Assembly (NCBI GenBank): GCA_963665235.2
Contig: CAXXLX010000001.1
Span: forward strand, 64,001 to 128,000
Length of the DNA: 64,000 bases
Direction of reading: 5' to 3'
DNA from: Candidatus Poribacteria bacterium
Lineage (GTDB): Bacteria > Poribacteria > WGA-4E > WGA-3G
This document shows positions 31,301 through 38,828 of the stretch, piece by piece (position 1 is the stretch's first letter; the number at the start of each line of letters is the position of its first letter). The position numbers were made by a program, and so were the translations under genes. The notes under the pieces were generated by a model, which saw only the letters and a program-made list of their open reading frames with translations, had not been told where the DNA came from and did not search any database.

Positions 31301-34021
31301 ACTTCGGTTAATCGCGATATCGGTGTCGTTAGGGCCTTTTAGAGAGATTACACTGTTTTCAAAGTTAATGTCCTTATCAGTTGCAACCGTTATGTAGGAG
31401 AACGTTTCAGCAATGTTTGCTGTACTCTCACGAGAAAGTTCAACCATAGGGTACGTAGAAACGTGGACGTTGTGAATTTCGGGGAATTGCGTATCTAAGT
31501 CCACCTGTAAGTTTTGGCTAAAACCTTGCCCGGCAAAATCTATCACAGTCGCCTCGATACTGTATTCGCCATCTGCTGTGCCATCTCTTGGGATTAAAGC
31601 ATCGGTGTGCCAAGTTAACCGATTGTTCGCTGTATCGGTTTCTATCTTGGCTTGAGGGACAATCTGCCCTGCCGGATTTCGGACAACGAGTGTCGATGCC
31701 TCCAAATCAATGCCTGCACCTATATAATTGAGAATCTGCACGGTGATAGTACTTAAACTCGACACCGTTTCGCTGTGAGGCGTTATCAATTGTACCTGCG
31801 GTTGTTTTCGGCTGACAAGATAGAATTTCCGCCGAACAGCAGCCCCGGTATTACCTACGACATCCATTGCACTGACCTGAATTGTGTAGGTGTCATCATC
31901 TGAACCATCCAATGCAATCGGTTCCAAAAGTGTAAGTGTAGCGGTGTCTATACCGTCACTTGAAACATTTACTGGCACATCAACTTCGTTTCCACTGGAA
32001 CCGCGTACAAGTCGGAATGTGCTCTGTGCAAAATCGATGCTGGTAGTGACTTCATTGAGCGTGACCACAACTTCAGAGAGGTTTGAGACCGTCTCATTCG
32101 CTTCAGGCTCCGTTGAATTCAACGTTGGGGCTTGCGTGTCATAGACAATCTGGTATGTGTAAGTTTTGGTGTTACCCACGGAGTCTGTGGATTTAACATT
32201 GAGCCTATAGTTTCCATCTTGACTTCCATCGGTTTTCAGGAGCGGGGCATTTAAGATATAGGTTAGCACGCCGTTATCCACATCAGGAAAGGCGCGCCCT
32301 TGTATAGGGTTAGTGCTTCCATTCGATACCAGCTTGCCAAATACAATACCGGTAGGAGCGGGCACCCCATCTCGCCCGGTAAAGGCGACCCCGGTCCCGG
32401 CTGCGCCATCATTAAACGTAGCGACAAACCCTCTAAGTGGCAGGTTGTAGTAAATAGTATCCCCTATTATGTTAAAAGAGGTACCATCCCCCTCTATGGG
32501 ACGTAGCGAGACAAGTTCCGGGGCAAGATTATCAAAAGAGTATGATATCTGAATCGGTTCGGTTCGGTTACCTGCTTTATCGGCACCAACAATTTCAACC
32601 GTGTATTCGCCATCCGCGAGGCCATCTGCTGCTATTGGGTTCAGCAATTGCCAGCGGATTCTATTGTTTGCAGGAAACGTTTTCAGCCCAAGTAGCGCAA
32701 TGCCGCTCGGGGCCTTCCAGCTGATTGATGAATCGACTAAATTCAGTTCAATATTATCTGATAGTGTCGCTTCAACAAAAGTCGTCTCTCCCCTTAGCGC
32801 GTCACCGGAATTAAACACGCCTCTATTTGTAGCTACACTTCTTAGGGTGGGGGCGACGTTATCGAAGGTAAATGTAGCAGTACTTGACGCAATGTTACCT
32901 GCGCTATCGGCGATAACACCTGTAACTTCATAGCGCCCGTTTTCCGCAACTTCGTCAAGGGAATTGTTGAGGGTAAACCCAATTTTGTTTCCGTAAGTCA
33001 ATGTGCCGTTGAGAGGTGTGCCATTCGCCGGTCTAATCCGTATTTCTGTGTGCTCACCTGTCAAATCAAGCGGGGTACCGCCATCAGCGTCTGCCGTGAA
33101 ACTGATTGACTGAATGTTGTCTTTGACAAACGTCTCATTTATCAGCGGTATTACGTCATTTAGCGAAATATTGGTGATACGGGGTACCTTCGAGTCAATT
33201 GTGACCGTGTTTGTTTTAGGATAGGTTGTCGTTTTTCCGCTCTTGTCTTTAACCCGTAGTCTCAACGTATATTGTCCATCGGAGAAGGCTAAAGCGTCTC
33301 TATCCTTGCCGTTCCAATTGAAGGTGTGACTGCCCTGCTTTGTGTTTAATGGAATTGGCTGCCCAATTGAGGTATCTCCTGGAGCCTGTTGGAATTCTAA
33401 CAACACCTCAGCTACATCCTTGTTTAAACCGTAGTACACAGGGAGTATGTTTAGCCCCGGTGAAAACGCTGTTGCCCCAAGTCTTATAGAAATTTCTGAG
33501 ACTTTGGTATCTAACGTTACCACTGCCGTTAATTCCGACACCTGTCCTTCTGGAAGTTCAGTGTTATTCGGTTCTTCTGGAGCTGGAGCTGTAGTGTATT
33601 TGAGTTTAACACGAATCGTGTACGTGCCATCGGGCAATTTTTCAGTTTGACCTTGAGGCTTTCCATCCCATATTTCCGTTATCGTTTGATTTTTAGAGAC
33701 CGGACCGGTGGCAATAACATTTTTCCCCGCCGGACGGTCATCTATGGTAATGGTATAGGTGTATTCTATACCATCATCTCCGGAATCGTCGGTTGCAAAC
33801 GTGATTGTTAGCTTTTCATCGTCGCCGTTAAAAACTGCATCGCCGTTAGCGTCAACCTTTAAATTTTCGAGTCCAGCCCAAGCGGTAGGCTGCACAATTA
33901 GCAGCGCGATAAACAGTTGAAAAAAGAGAAAGAGTGATGTACGAAAACCGACCGCCGATTGCGTCCGTGTTTTCTTTTGATTGTAGCACGGAACAGATAA
34001 ACTATTTTTGATTTTTGACAC
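22364..34021 (-). CDS. Giant (3885 aa) secreted Ig-like repeat protein with FlgD-Ig/T9SS-like C-terminal domain
   Basis: Signal peptide ending AWA; many ~110-aa domains with DGSADG.Y...D.AGN; C-terminus WPNP...IYDWSGDIVR...WNLENQAG..VARGLYIFRL...KILVVD. Confidence 0.85.
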   Translation of the reverse strand: MSKIKNSLSVPCYNQKKTRTQSAVGFRTSLFLFFQLFIALLIVQPTAWAGLENLKVDANGDAVFNGDDEKLTITFATDDSGDDGIEYTYTITIDDRPAGKNVIATGPVSKNQTITEIWDGKPQGQTEKLPDGTYTIRVKLKYTTAPAPEEPNNTELPEGQVSELTAVVTLDTKVSEISIRLGATAFSPGLNILPVYYGLNKDVAEVLLEFQQAPGDTSIGQPIPLNTKQGSHTFNWNGKDRDALAFSDGQYTLRLRVKDKSGKTTTYPKTNTVTIDSKVPRITNISLNDVIPLINETFVKDNIQSISFTADADGGTPLDLTGEHTEIRIRPANGTPLNGTLTYGNKIGFTLNNSLDEVAENGRYEVTGVIADSAGNIASSTATFTFDNVAPTLRSVATNRGVFNSGDALRGETTFVEATLSDNIELNLVDSSISWKAPSGIALLGLKTFPANNRIRWQLLNPIAADGLADGEYTVEIVGADKAGNRTEPIQISYSFDNLAPELVSLRPIEGDGTSFNIIGDTIYYNLPLRGFVATFNDGAAGTGVAFTGRDGVPAPTGIVFGKLVSNGSTNPIQGRAFPDVDNGVLTYILNAPLLKTDGSQDGNYRLNVKSTDSVGNTKTYTYQIVYDTQAPTLNSTEPEANETVSNLSEVVVTLNEVTTSIDFAQSTFRLVRGSSGNEVDVPVNVSSDGIDTATLTLLEPIALDGSDDDTYTIQVSAMDVVGNTGAAVRRKFYLVSRKQPQVQLITPHSETVSSLSTITVQILNYIGAGIDLEASTLVVRNPAGQIVPQAKIETDTANNRLTWHTDALIPRDGTADGEYSIEATVIDFAGQGFSQNLQVDLDTQFPEIHNVHVSTYPMVELSRESTANIAETFSYITVATDKDINFENSVISLKGPNDTDIAINRSYNSDAVLTLDFLSLYQPGIYTLAITPMDKIGNVSQYPFVYRFRLDIDVPVVRWMLIGGKSDAVPFVNGGSVEIVATLADTTGTGLALDEGESSIVVTNAAGLSIPGSSRSEKRSENVWQLIWRPLSLPTDGSADGRYTVTVTPKDKAGRTGDAASRQFVYDTQAPRIIGADPIDLSQPVRYVRGGLTYLSVTAEDVGPASLVLDAPWVRLVKPNGDLVDGKVTHTPQIPREQPVELFFTLTETLATDGSADGPYTLIVYLLDKAGNEYEAEHTFIYDSQAPAVESVLVNMTEIPAGLTVPLTSQQLTDITISNEGLAISSINVSFAEATRVDFANTLITLTGPDAQSVPLTLANNGIDQLTVNFVALAVGGRYTLSVTPQDIAGNTVQGAVQYPFHLTFTLPSVSSVTLGGLQIDGLWYINAHDTEIIATLADGSGPGLALKEGESTIIVTGPTGNTVPGQIQTNGRTQLMWKPISLPTDGSADGRYTVTVTPMDNAGRTGITAQRQFIYDTQTPRITAASPIILSEPVSYVGGSLHQFSFTIEDVGPAGFDWEAQEIALVDAGEAPVSATMTHNALTQQLYLTLPAPFPRDGSADGEYTLDVSLIDKAGNRVDSQHAFIYDSVVPKLSAVLVNTGETPTALLAHQITELDVPVSSITVRFEERTRVDFDNTSVTLSEQSGTPIPFTLESNNIDQLTVSFVSLTQGGRYTFSVSPVDIAGNAVQGALQYPFRLMFDLPRVSTVSLGGVSGDAVFLNGPDTEIIATFTDGSGAGLALSEGESSIIVTGPTGNTVPGETRANGDTQLIWHPLSLPTDGSADGRYTVTITPMDNAGRTGIAVQRQFIYDTQTPRITAASPITLSAPVSYVGGSLHQFAFTIEDVGPAGFDWSAQKITLVDASEEPVSAAITHNTLTRQLYLTLPTPFPGDGSADGRYSLNVSLIDKAGNRVDSQHAFVYDSVVPKLSAVLVNTGETPTALLAHQITELDVPISSITVRFEERTRVDFDNTSVTLVEQSGTPIPFTLESNNIDQLTISFVALTQGGRYTLSVSPVDIAGNAVQGALQYPFRLMFDLPRVSTVSLGGVSGDAVFLNGPDTEIIATFTDGSGAGLALSEGESSIIVTGPSGNTVPGETRVNGDTQLIWHPLSLPTDGSADGRYTVTITPMDNAGRTGIAVQRQFIYDTQTPRITAALPITLSAPVSYVGGSLHQFAFTIEDVGPAGFDWSAQKITLVDASEEPVSATMTHNELTQQLHLTLPAPFPGDGSADGRYSLNVSLIDKAGNRVDSQHAFVYDSVVPKLSDVLVNTAETPITLVAHQVTELDVPISSITVRFEERTRVDFDNTSVTLVEQSGTPIPFTLESNNIDQLTISFVALTQGGRYTLSVSPVDIAGNAVQGALQYPFRLMFDLPRVSTVSLGGVSGDAVFLNGPDTEIIATFTDGSGAGLALSEGESSIIVTGPSGNTVPGETRANGDTQLIWHPLSLPTDGSADGRYTVTITPMDNAGRTGIAVQRQFIYDTQTPRITAALPITLSAPVSYVGGSLHQFAFTIEDVGPAGFDWSAQKITLVDASEEPVSATMTHNELTQQLHLTLPAPFPGDGSADGRYSLNVSLIDKAGNRVDSQHAFVYDSVVPKLSDVLVNTAETPITLVAHQVTELDVPISSITVRFEERTRVDFDNTSVTLVEQSGTPIPFTLESNNIDQLTISFVALTQGGRYTLSVSPVDIAGNAVQGALQYPFRLMFDLPRVSTVSLGGVSGDAVFLNGPDTEIIATFTDGSGAGLALSEGESSIIVTGPSGNTVPGETRANGDTQLIWHPLSLPTDGSADGRYTVTITPMDNAGRTGIAVQRQFIYDTQTPRITAASPITLSEPVSYLSGSLHQFTFTIEDVGPAGFDWEAQKIALVDVADRPILSALTRNELTQQLYLTLPAPFPGDGSADGRYSLNVSLIDKAGNRIDSQHIFVYDSVVPKISDVLVNTTPDPLSLVPHQVTELAKSISSITVQFEETTRVDFEMTTVTLTNESDEVIPLTLEHNGISQLTAHLVGLTQSGLYTFGVTAQDIAGNISQSAVQYPFRLQFILPTVGSVVIGESITSGSGDVAYANARNMRIDATLLDPAGVGLALDETGSNITVTTPDATVVPGTLTTNGTDLIRWEPITLSTDGSSDGKYAVYITPIDKAGRQGSTVYREFIYDTQAPKITAAEPVDLSQPVSYISESLTQLNLTIQDVGPADLELADQAISLRDASGRLLPTQLTYNNELYRVFLTLTEPLPLDGSRDGQYTVVIALSDKAGNVLDVEHTIVYDTQVPTLISTNPADKALITEDITQIQVTLDDKGESGIDWKNTTVTLVDPNGTAISGELASDGKTQLTLNTNQLVEDGRYIIRVNAVDRAGNGNASIFEHSFLLSRHLPAIVSTVPATAPIDEAFTSEKVERIEVALQTDDEHHLSTLQLLNPAGQVIAGQQQREPNRLIYNLVRPLATDGSEDGRYTIEFTPISGSGRSGDMQKLVFMYDTQSPEIEPEAIRLIVAEPAANNALMEIHADLTDNSAGIDWKNLDEEWITFEQLSPNATQISGRVSHNGEATLIFRLTVPLADNGSADGEYRITITPIDLAGNGDTSYEKVFTYDTTPPFIDVSTLLINDIPLLVDTNAVDYPTAISTTTGVVIQASVTDTGLGVDLSQSNIVVRDPTGAEISGNTQQNGVDTLIFKSDGLNFQGPYQVTVTGIGNDSERLGFAPRGTITTQFLYETTEPTATLTSDGGKTELTDEALPLQGTATDPAGTRPRGQGGGDGGEVPVPASGVWLVEIIGTGPDGQPIEPVPAEDESDAQEEPWSRWSIDFFPSRSGEYDLDIRVTDKAGNFSVYDGGEYTMSVSFSFRGATFGWPNPLRRTKGGVAFFSFDLNAEETVDLTLHIYDWSGDIVRSQTYPNVASGKRNDQLIKWNLENQAGTTVARGLYIFRLEAVNAAGNRANAVGKILVVD
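25060..30130 (-). repeat. Intragenic tandem repeat, 1005-bp (335-aa) unit
   Basis: Near-identical opposite-strand ORFs recur at 25878, 26883, 27888 and 28893. About four near-identical copies plus diverged flanking copies; boundaries approximate. Confidence 0.9.
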
Positions 34022-34100
34022 GCGTTTCCCCCTACTACCGCGAAGCCGGGTCTATTCCTATTTTTCAACTTCGCGTGGATTCACAAGTATTAATTTCTTT

Positions 34101-34254
34101 AACGTAAGCTTGATAATAAATATCCGTTTGCTCTAAACCTTTTTCATCGCGAAAAAAGCGGAATAATTGTAGCATAAACTTCCTAGTTTGTGCTGTTCTT
34201 TGCTAAAACTACCACAGAACGCTCTAGGTCAAAACTTTTTTTCAAACTCGCGTT
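34101..34254 (+). mobile_element. MITE family A, copy 3, with GTAGCATAAAC REP cargo
   Basis: AACGTAAGCTTGATAA...TTCAAACTCGCGTT; internal GTAGCATAAACTTCCTAGTTTGTGC. No clear TSD. Confidence 0.75.
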
Positions 34255-34550
34255 ATTTAGTGTACAGATAGCATTCAACAACGTAGCTGGCACGTTCCGG
34301 CGTGCCGTTACACGGATGTCTATGCTACCAGTGGCTCGCCTATATCTTTATTTTTTGCAGGAGTAAGCTCCCATCGTGACTTTTTGAAATCCCAGAATTT
34401 AACAGATTCGGGCTATTATTTCGTCCTGATGTATTAGACGCAATATTTTCAATTAGGTTGATTTAAAACGGATAGCGGGTACTTTTCAATCTATTTTTTA
34501 GGGCAGGTTTGCGACCTGCCCGAGTTAAAAGAAAGCCGCCCGCGCTAAGA

Positions 34551-35555
34551 TTAACCGATGTCCCCGTTCTCAAGCATCGTTAGCAAAGCGGAGTCTTCTG
34601 TGGTGAGCGGTAAATTAATTTTCGCTCGCCGCCGACTGGACTCGTAAGTGGCAAAAATAAGTTCGGTTGCCTGAATTGCCTTGCGTCCGCTGAGTTCCGG
34701 CTCGCGTCCTGTTTTCACGCTGTCAATGAGGTCAAGAACAGAGAGCACGGTGTCGTTGCCTCTCGGTGTAACGTCGCTGAGGTCGGGCTTTTCCCATTCA
34801 GCTGACCCTTCTCTCAGGAGACGTACCGGTGCACCGCCGCCGACATCAATAATGCCCTTCGTGCCGATAAGCCGATTGGAGAATCCCTTTAAGGAGACCC
34901 CGCCGGTGGTCAACAACCCTTCTACACCGTTTTTCCAGCGGAACCACGATAAACCGCTCGTCTCTACCTGTGTACCGAAGACAATTTTTTCAGCGTCCAC
35001 GTCTATTTGACCAATAACCCACTCAACAGGTTCGTCATTATTGTAAAAAAAGAACATATCGAACCAGTGAGTGCCCCAGTCAAGTAAATTTGGGCACGAC
35101 CCTTCAAGGCGGCGGAGCTCCCCGATTACGCCGTCGTTTGCCAGTTGCCGCGCTTTGATGAACTGTGCACCAAAACGACGTTGATGACAGAACGTTATGA
35201 CTACGTCGTTATCCACACATGCCTGATAAAGTGCTTTTGCATCTCCCCAGGTGGGTGCCATCGGTTTTTCAGAATGGATGGCTTTGATGCCGCTGTTCGC
35301 TGCGGCGATAACCATGTCTCTGTGAAGTGCAATCCACGTGCAGACGCTGACGAAGTCGAGGGATTCTTCCTCGAGCATTTCGTTATAGTCTTCGTAAGGT
35401 TTGACACCTTCGAACTGCTCAGCGAATTTGTTTCGCGCGCCCTCAACGGGGTCCGCGCATGCCACAATCTCGACATCCGGTGATGCCTGATATCCCTGTG
35501 CATGAGCGCGTCCGCGCCCACCACAACCGATAATACCTGCTTTAAAAGTTGCCAT
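34551..35555 (-). CDS. Gfo/Idh/MocA family oxidoreductase
   Basis: GIIGCGGRG, SEKPMA, HQRRF, DWGTHWFD. Confidence 0.9.
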   Translation of the reverse strand: MATFKAGIIGCGGRGRAHAQGYQASPDVEIVACADPVEGARNKFAEQFEGVKPYEDYNEMLEEESLDFVSVCTWIALHRDMVIAAANSGIKAIHSEKPMAPTWGDAKALYQACVDNDVVITFCHQRRFGAQFIKARQLANDGVIGELRRLEGSCPNLLDWGTHWFDMFFFYNNDEPVEWVIGQIDVDAEKIVFGTQVETSGLSWFRWKNGVEGLLTTGGVSLKGFSNRLIGTKGIIDVGGGAPVRLLREGSAEWEKPDLSDVTPRGNDTVLSVLDLIDSVKTGREPELSGRKAIQATELIFATYESSRRRAKINLPLTTEDSALLTMLENGDIG

Positions 35556-35775
35556 CTCAATTTCCCTCTTTTGAGTTCCGGGTTTCAGTACAAACTGTCC
35601 CCATTAACTTACATTTTGGAATGCATGACTTGTAACCCGATAGTGCAAGTTAAACGTTGACCTCTGTTTTTTATCTATGCTATACTTTACCATGAATTAA
35701 GTTGAAACGCAAGTCACTTTTTTGCGTCCATCCTGATATGTTAAAATTTTCTGATAAACTACAAGGTGGCCCGGT

Positions 35776-37359
35776 ATGAAGGTAGTCACTGCAGCGGAAA
35801 TGCGCCAAATTGACCACGACACGATTGAAGGTATCGGTATTCCCGGTATTGTGCTCATGGAAACAGCGGGAAGTGCCATCGTCCGAACGATTGAACGGCA
35901 TTACCCAACGTGTCAACAGATTAGCATTTTTGCTGGAAAAGGCAATAACGGCGGCGATGGCATTGTTATCGCACGTCAACTTGCCCACGCAGGCAGAAAA
36001 ACCCATCTCTACCTCGTCTCCTCGGGAGAAAGTTTCACCGGAGAGGCGCGGATTAATCTCAACATTGCAAAAAATCTGGGGTTACAGATTGAGGAGCTCT
36101 TGACAAATACAGCACTTCTCAACGCACTCAACCGCATCGGCAGTTGTGACCTAATTGTGGATGCCATTTTCGGCACAGGGTTGCGCGGGACTGTAGGTGG
36201 AACTATCGCTGAGGTCATCAAAACTATCAATGGTCTCTGTACACCTATCCTATCCGTTGACCTCCCCTCCGGGCTGGATGCAAATACAGGCAATATATTA
36301 GGCGCATGTGTAGAAGCGGATAGAACGGTAACGATAGGTTTTCCAAAAAGGGGGGTGTTGTTGCATCCAGGGGCTGAACTATCAGGCAAATTAGAGGTCG
36401 TTGACATCGGTTTTCCGAAACAGGTCGTTGATGCTCAAAACATTGCGGTGAATTGGACAACAGCAGGCCAAGCCGCACAATGGATGCCGAGTCGCCCTGC
36501 CGCTTCTCATAAAGGCAGTTACGGCCGTGTGCTCGTCATTGCAGGGTCAACCGGAATGACAGGCGCGGCGGCTCTCACAAGCGAAGCCGCATTGCGGACC
36601 GGCGCAGGGTTGGTGACGCTCGCTATGCCGCGAAGCTTGAATACAATCTTGGAGGTAAAGCTGTCTGAGGTGATGACGTTACCGCTGCCCGAAACGACAG
36701 AAGGCAGCCTAGCGGAATCTGCCACCCCGACCATCCTTGAATTCGCAGAAAAAACCCAATCTGTGCTTGCCATCGGGCCGGGGCTCTCTCAACATCCTGA
36801 GACGGTGACGTTCGTTCACCGATTGGTTCAGGAAAATCGGGAACAGGGGCTGGATTTACCTACGGTTATTGATGCAGATGCATTGAACGCCTTAGCGCAA
36901 GCCCCGGATATTCTCTCACTGCTCGGAGCAGAAACAGTGCTCACACCGCACCCGGGGGAAATGGCACGTTTAACGAATACGCCTATCCAGACACTGGAAG
37001 CGGATAGAATTAGCACAGCACAGCAATTTGCTACCCAATACGGTTTAACACTCGTGTTTAAAGGGGTGCCGACCGTCATCGGATGGCAGAACGCTGATGT
37101 TTGGCTCAATTCAACCGGCAACCCCGGCATGGCAACGGCTGGCATGGGCGATGTGCTTACAGGTATGATTGCAGGGTTGATAGCCCAAGGCATGTCAAGT
37201 GAAACGGCAGCAGTGCTGGCGGTTTATCTACACGGCGCAGCGGGAGACCTGGCTGCTGAAACGGTCGGACTGCATGGACTTATTGCTAGGGATGTGTTAC
37301 AAGCAGTGCCGCAGGCAATATCTTCGCTGATACCTAATATAACGCAAGTTGCCACATAG
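35776..37359 (+). CDS. nnr: Bifunctional NAD(P)H-hydrate epimerase/dehydratase
   Basis: GKGNNGGDG, DAIFGTG, DLPSG, HKGSYG, DADAL, TPHPGE, GMGDVL. Confidence 0.95.
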   Translation: MKVVTAAEMRQIDHDTIEGIGIPGIVLMETAGSAIVRTIERHYPTCQQISIFAGKGNNGGDGIVIARQLAHAGRKTHLYLVSSGESFTGEARINLNIAKNLGLQIEELLTNTALLNALNRIGSCDLIVDAIFGTGLRGTVGGTIAEVIKTINGLCTPILSVDLPSGLDANTGNILGACVEADRTVTIGFPKRGVLLHPGAELSGKLEVVDIGFPKQVVDAQNIAVNWTTAGQAAQWMPSRPAASHKGSYGRVLVIAGSTGMTGAAALTSEAALRTGAGLVTLAMPRSLNTILEVKLSEVMTLPLPETTEGSLAESATPTILEFAEKTQSVLAIGPGLSQHPETVTFVHRLVQENREQGLDLPTVIDADALNALAQAPDILSLLGAETVLTPHPGEMARLTNTPIQTLEADRISTAQQFATQYGLTLVFKGVPTVIGWQNADVWLNSTGNPGMATAGMGDVLTGMIAGLIAQGMSSETAAVLAVYLHGAAGDLAAETVGLHGLIARDVLQAVPQAISSLIPNITQVAT

Positions 37360-37484
37360 TAGCATAAACTTCCTAGTTTGTGCCATAAGGGCGCGAACTA
37401 GGAAGTTCACGCTACAATTATCAGCAGTTTTTGACTAAAAGCGGCGTTCCCAAGTCTAAAAATTTATAGGTGGCAACTTAGGTT
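37341..37484. mobile_element. MITE family C carrying a REPIN-like inverted REP pair; supplies the nnr stop codon
   Basis: TIR AACGCAAGTTGCCAC / GTGGCAACTTAGGTT; AATAT duplication; internal GTAGCATAAACTTCCTAGTTTGTGC...GCGCGAACTAGGAAGTTCACGCTAC. Confidence 0.8.
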
Positions 37485-37537
37485 AATATATCTCACCGTT
37501 TGTAGGCACGCCTACAAACGTCCTACAAGGAAAGAAA

Positions 37538-37948
37538 ATGGAAAACTATAAAATTTATCCAGTTGCGGCGGCGGATGCCTCAACCGCTTTTCAGGTGGAA
37601 TTGGACAGACACGCAATTGCTGCTACAGAAGAGCTCGAAAATAGCGGTGCCCAAGGCGCAGAACGTGAGGAAATTCTACGGAAACACCTCGGTGTCGATT
37701 ATGAAAAAGGCTACCGCGGCACTGCATGGGGTTTACACGGCATCTCTGACGGTTTGACCCCGGCACGGCTGGCAACGCTACTCGAAGCACACGGTGAATC
37801 CTTTGACCCCTGTGCTGAACGTGAAACTTATGACCACAGTTTGATGGTTAACGTTGAAGAGGAGCTGGCATCGCAACTAGACGATGTCCTCGAATCTGTA
37901 TTGGACGCAATTGTTGAGACGTATAAAGCTGCGTTGTTAAATGCATAA
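37538..37948 (+). CDS. Hypothetical acidic protein
   Basis: 136-aa ORF with AAGGA RBS; no recognised motif. Confidence 0.6.
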   Translation: MENYKIYPVAAADASTAFQVELDRHAIAATEELENSGAQGAEREEILRKHLGVDYEKGYRGTAWGLHGISDGLTPARLATLLEAHGESFDPCAERETYDHSLMVNVEEELASQLDDVLESVLDAIVETYKAALLNA

Positions 37949-37949
37949 T

Positions 37950-38775
37950 TAACGCTCCTCCGTCAAATCCCCATGCTTTAGCTTGTGGGATGTAGATGGC
38001 TAAGAGGTCGTGGTCTAAAATAAATTTGACATTCATAACAAAATGTGATATAATACCATTTCTAATTGAAAATGTCTCTTTATTGTAGCATAAACTTCCA
38101 GTTTGTGCGCTTTATTGTAGCATAAACTTCCAGTTTGTGCGCTTTATTGTAGCATAAACTTCCAGTTTGTGCGCTTTATTGTAGCATAAACTTCCAGTTT
38201 GTGCGCTTTATCGTAGCATAAACTTCCAGTTTGTGCTCTTTATTGTAGCATAAACTTCCAGTTTGTGCGCTTTATTGTAGCATAAACTTCCAGTTTGTGC
38301 GCTTTATTGTAGCATAAACTTCCAGTTTGTGCGCTTTATCGTAGCATAAACTTCCAGTTCGTGTCTTCCGTTCTCCGTTTCATTTCTAACAACCGGTAAT
38401 GATAGAATAATTAATAAAAATGGTATAATATTACCAGCATCGTGGATAGCATTCTTACCCGTAGTTTCTCAATTACGGTGCTATCCCTCAATCGTAAGAA
38501 GTTGTGAGATGCTAGTGCGAAATCACTCAAAACATTTTAGGACGGACCGACGATACATGTGGAGTAGAATCCCAGTCAACTGTGTCCGTCTGTCACTTCT
38601 ATTTCTAAAACGGGCGGGCATAGCCAGCAACCATCCTGCTGATAACTCTGATCCACGTTCAGTGTTTCAGACAATCGCCCTAAGTGGAGACGACATAAGA
38701 CGGGTTGTCCCCCAGGGATAAACGCTGTTGTCGAGGAAGCACAAGCCCCTACCTTTAGGTGGTGGGTACTATGAC
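37950..38775 (+). mobile_element. Non-autonomous IS200/605 derivative (left end, promoter, structured RNA, reRNA-like right end), no protein
   Basis: Left hairpin CCCCATGCTTTAGCTTGTGGG; TTGACA-17-TATAAT (38026-38054); tnpB-3'-like GGGCGGGCAT...CGCCCTAAGTGGAGACGACATAAGAC; right end CAAGCCCCTACCTTTAGGTGGTGGGTACTATGAC. Confidence 0.6.
38054..38425 (+). mobile_element. MITE family B, copy 2, with nine tandem 32-bp units
   Basis: TAA|TACCATTT...AAATGGTA|TAA; unit TATTGTAGCATAAACTTCCAGTTTGTGCGCTT; 372 bp = 180 bp + 6 x 32. Confidence 0.9.
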
Positions 38776-38828
38776 CAGAGGTTTGTGACGAGGCACAGCG
38801 GCCTCGCCACTGAATTGATTCGTAGATT

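Noticed and set aside
38079-38362. Possible CRISPR array
   Set aside because: Units are head-to-tail with no unique spacers, no cas genes are present, and the array lies inside a TIR element.
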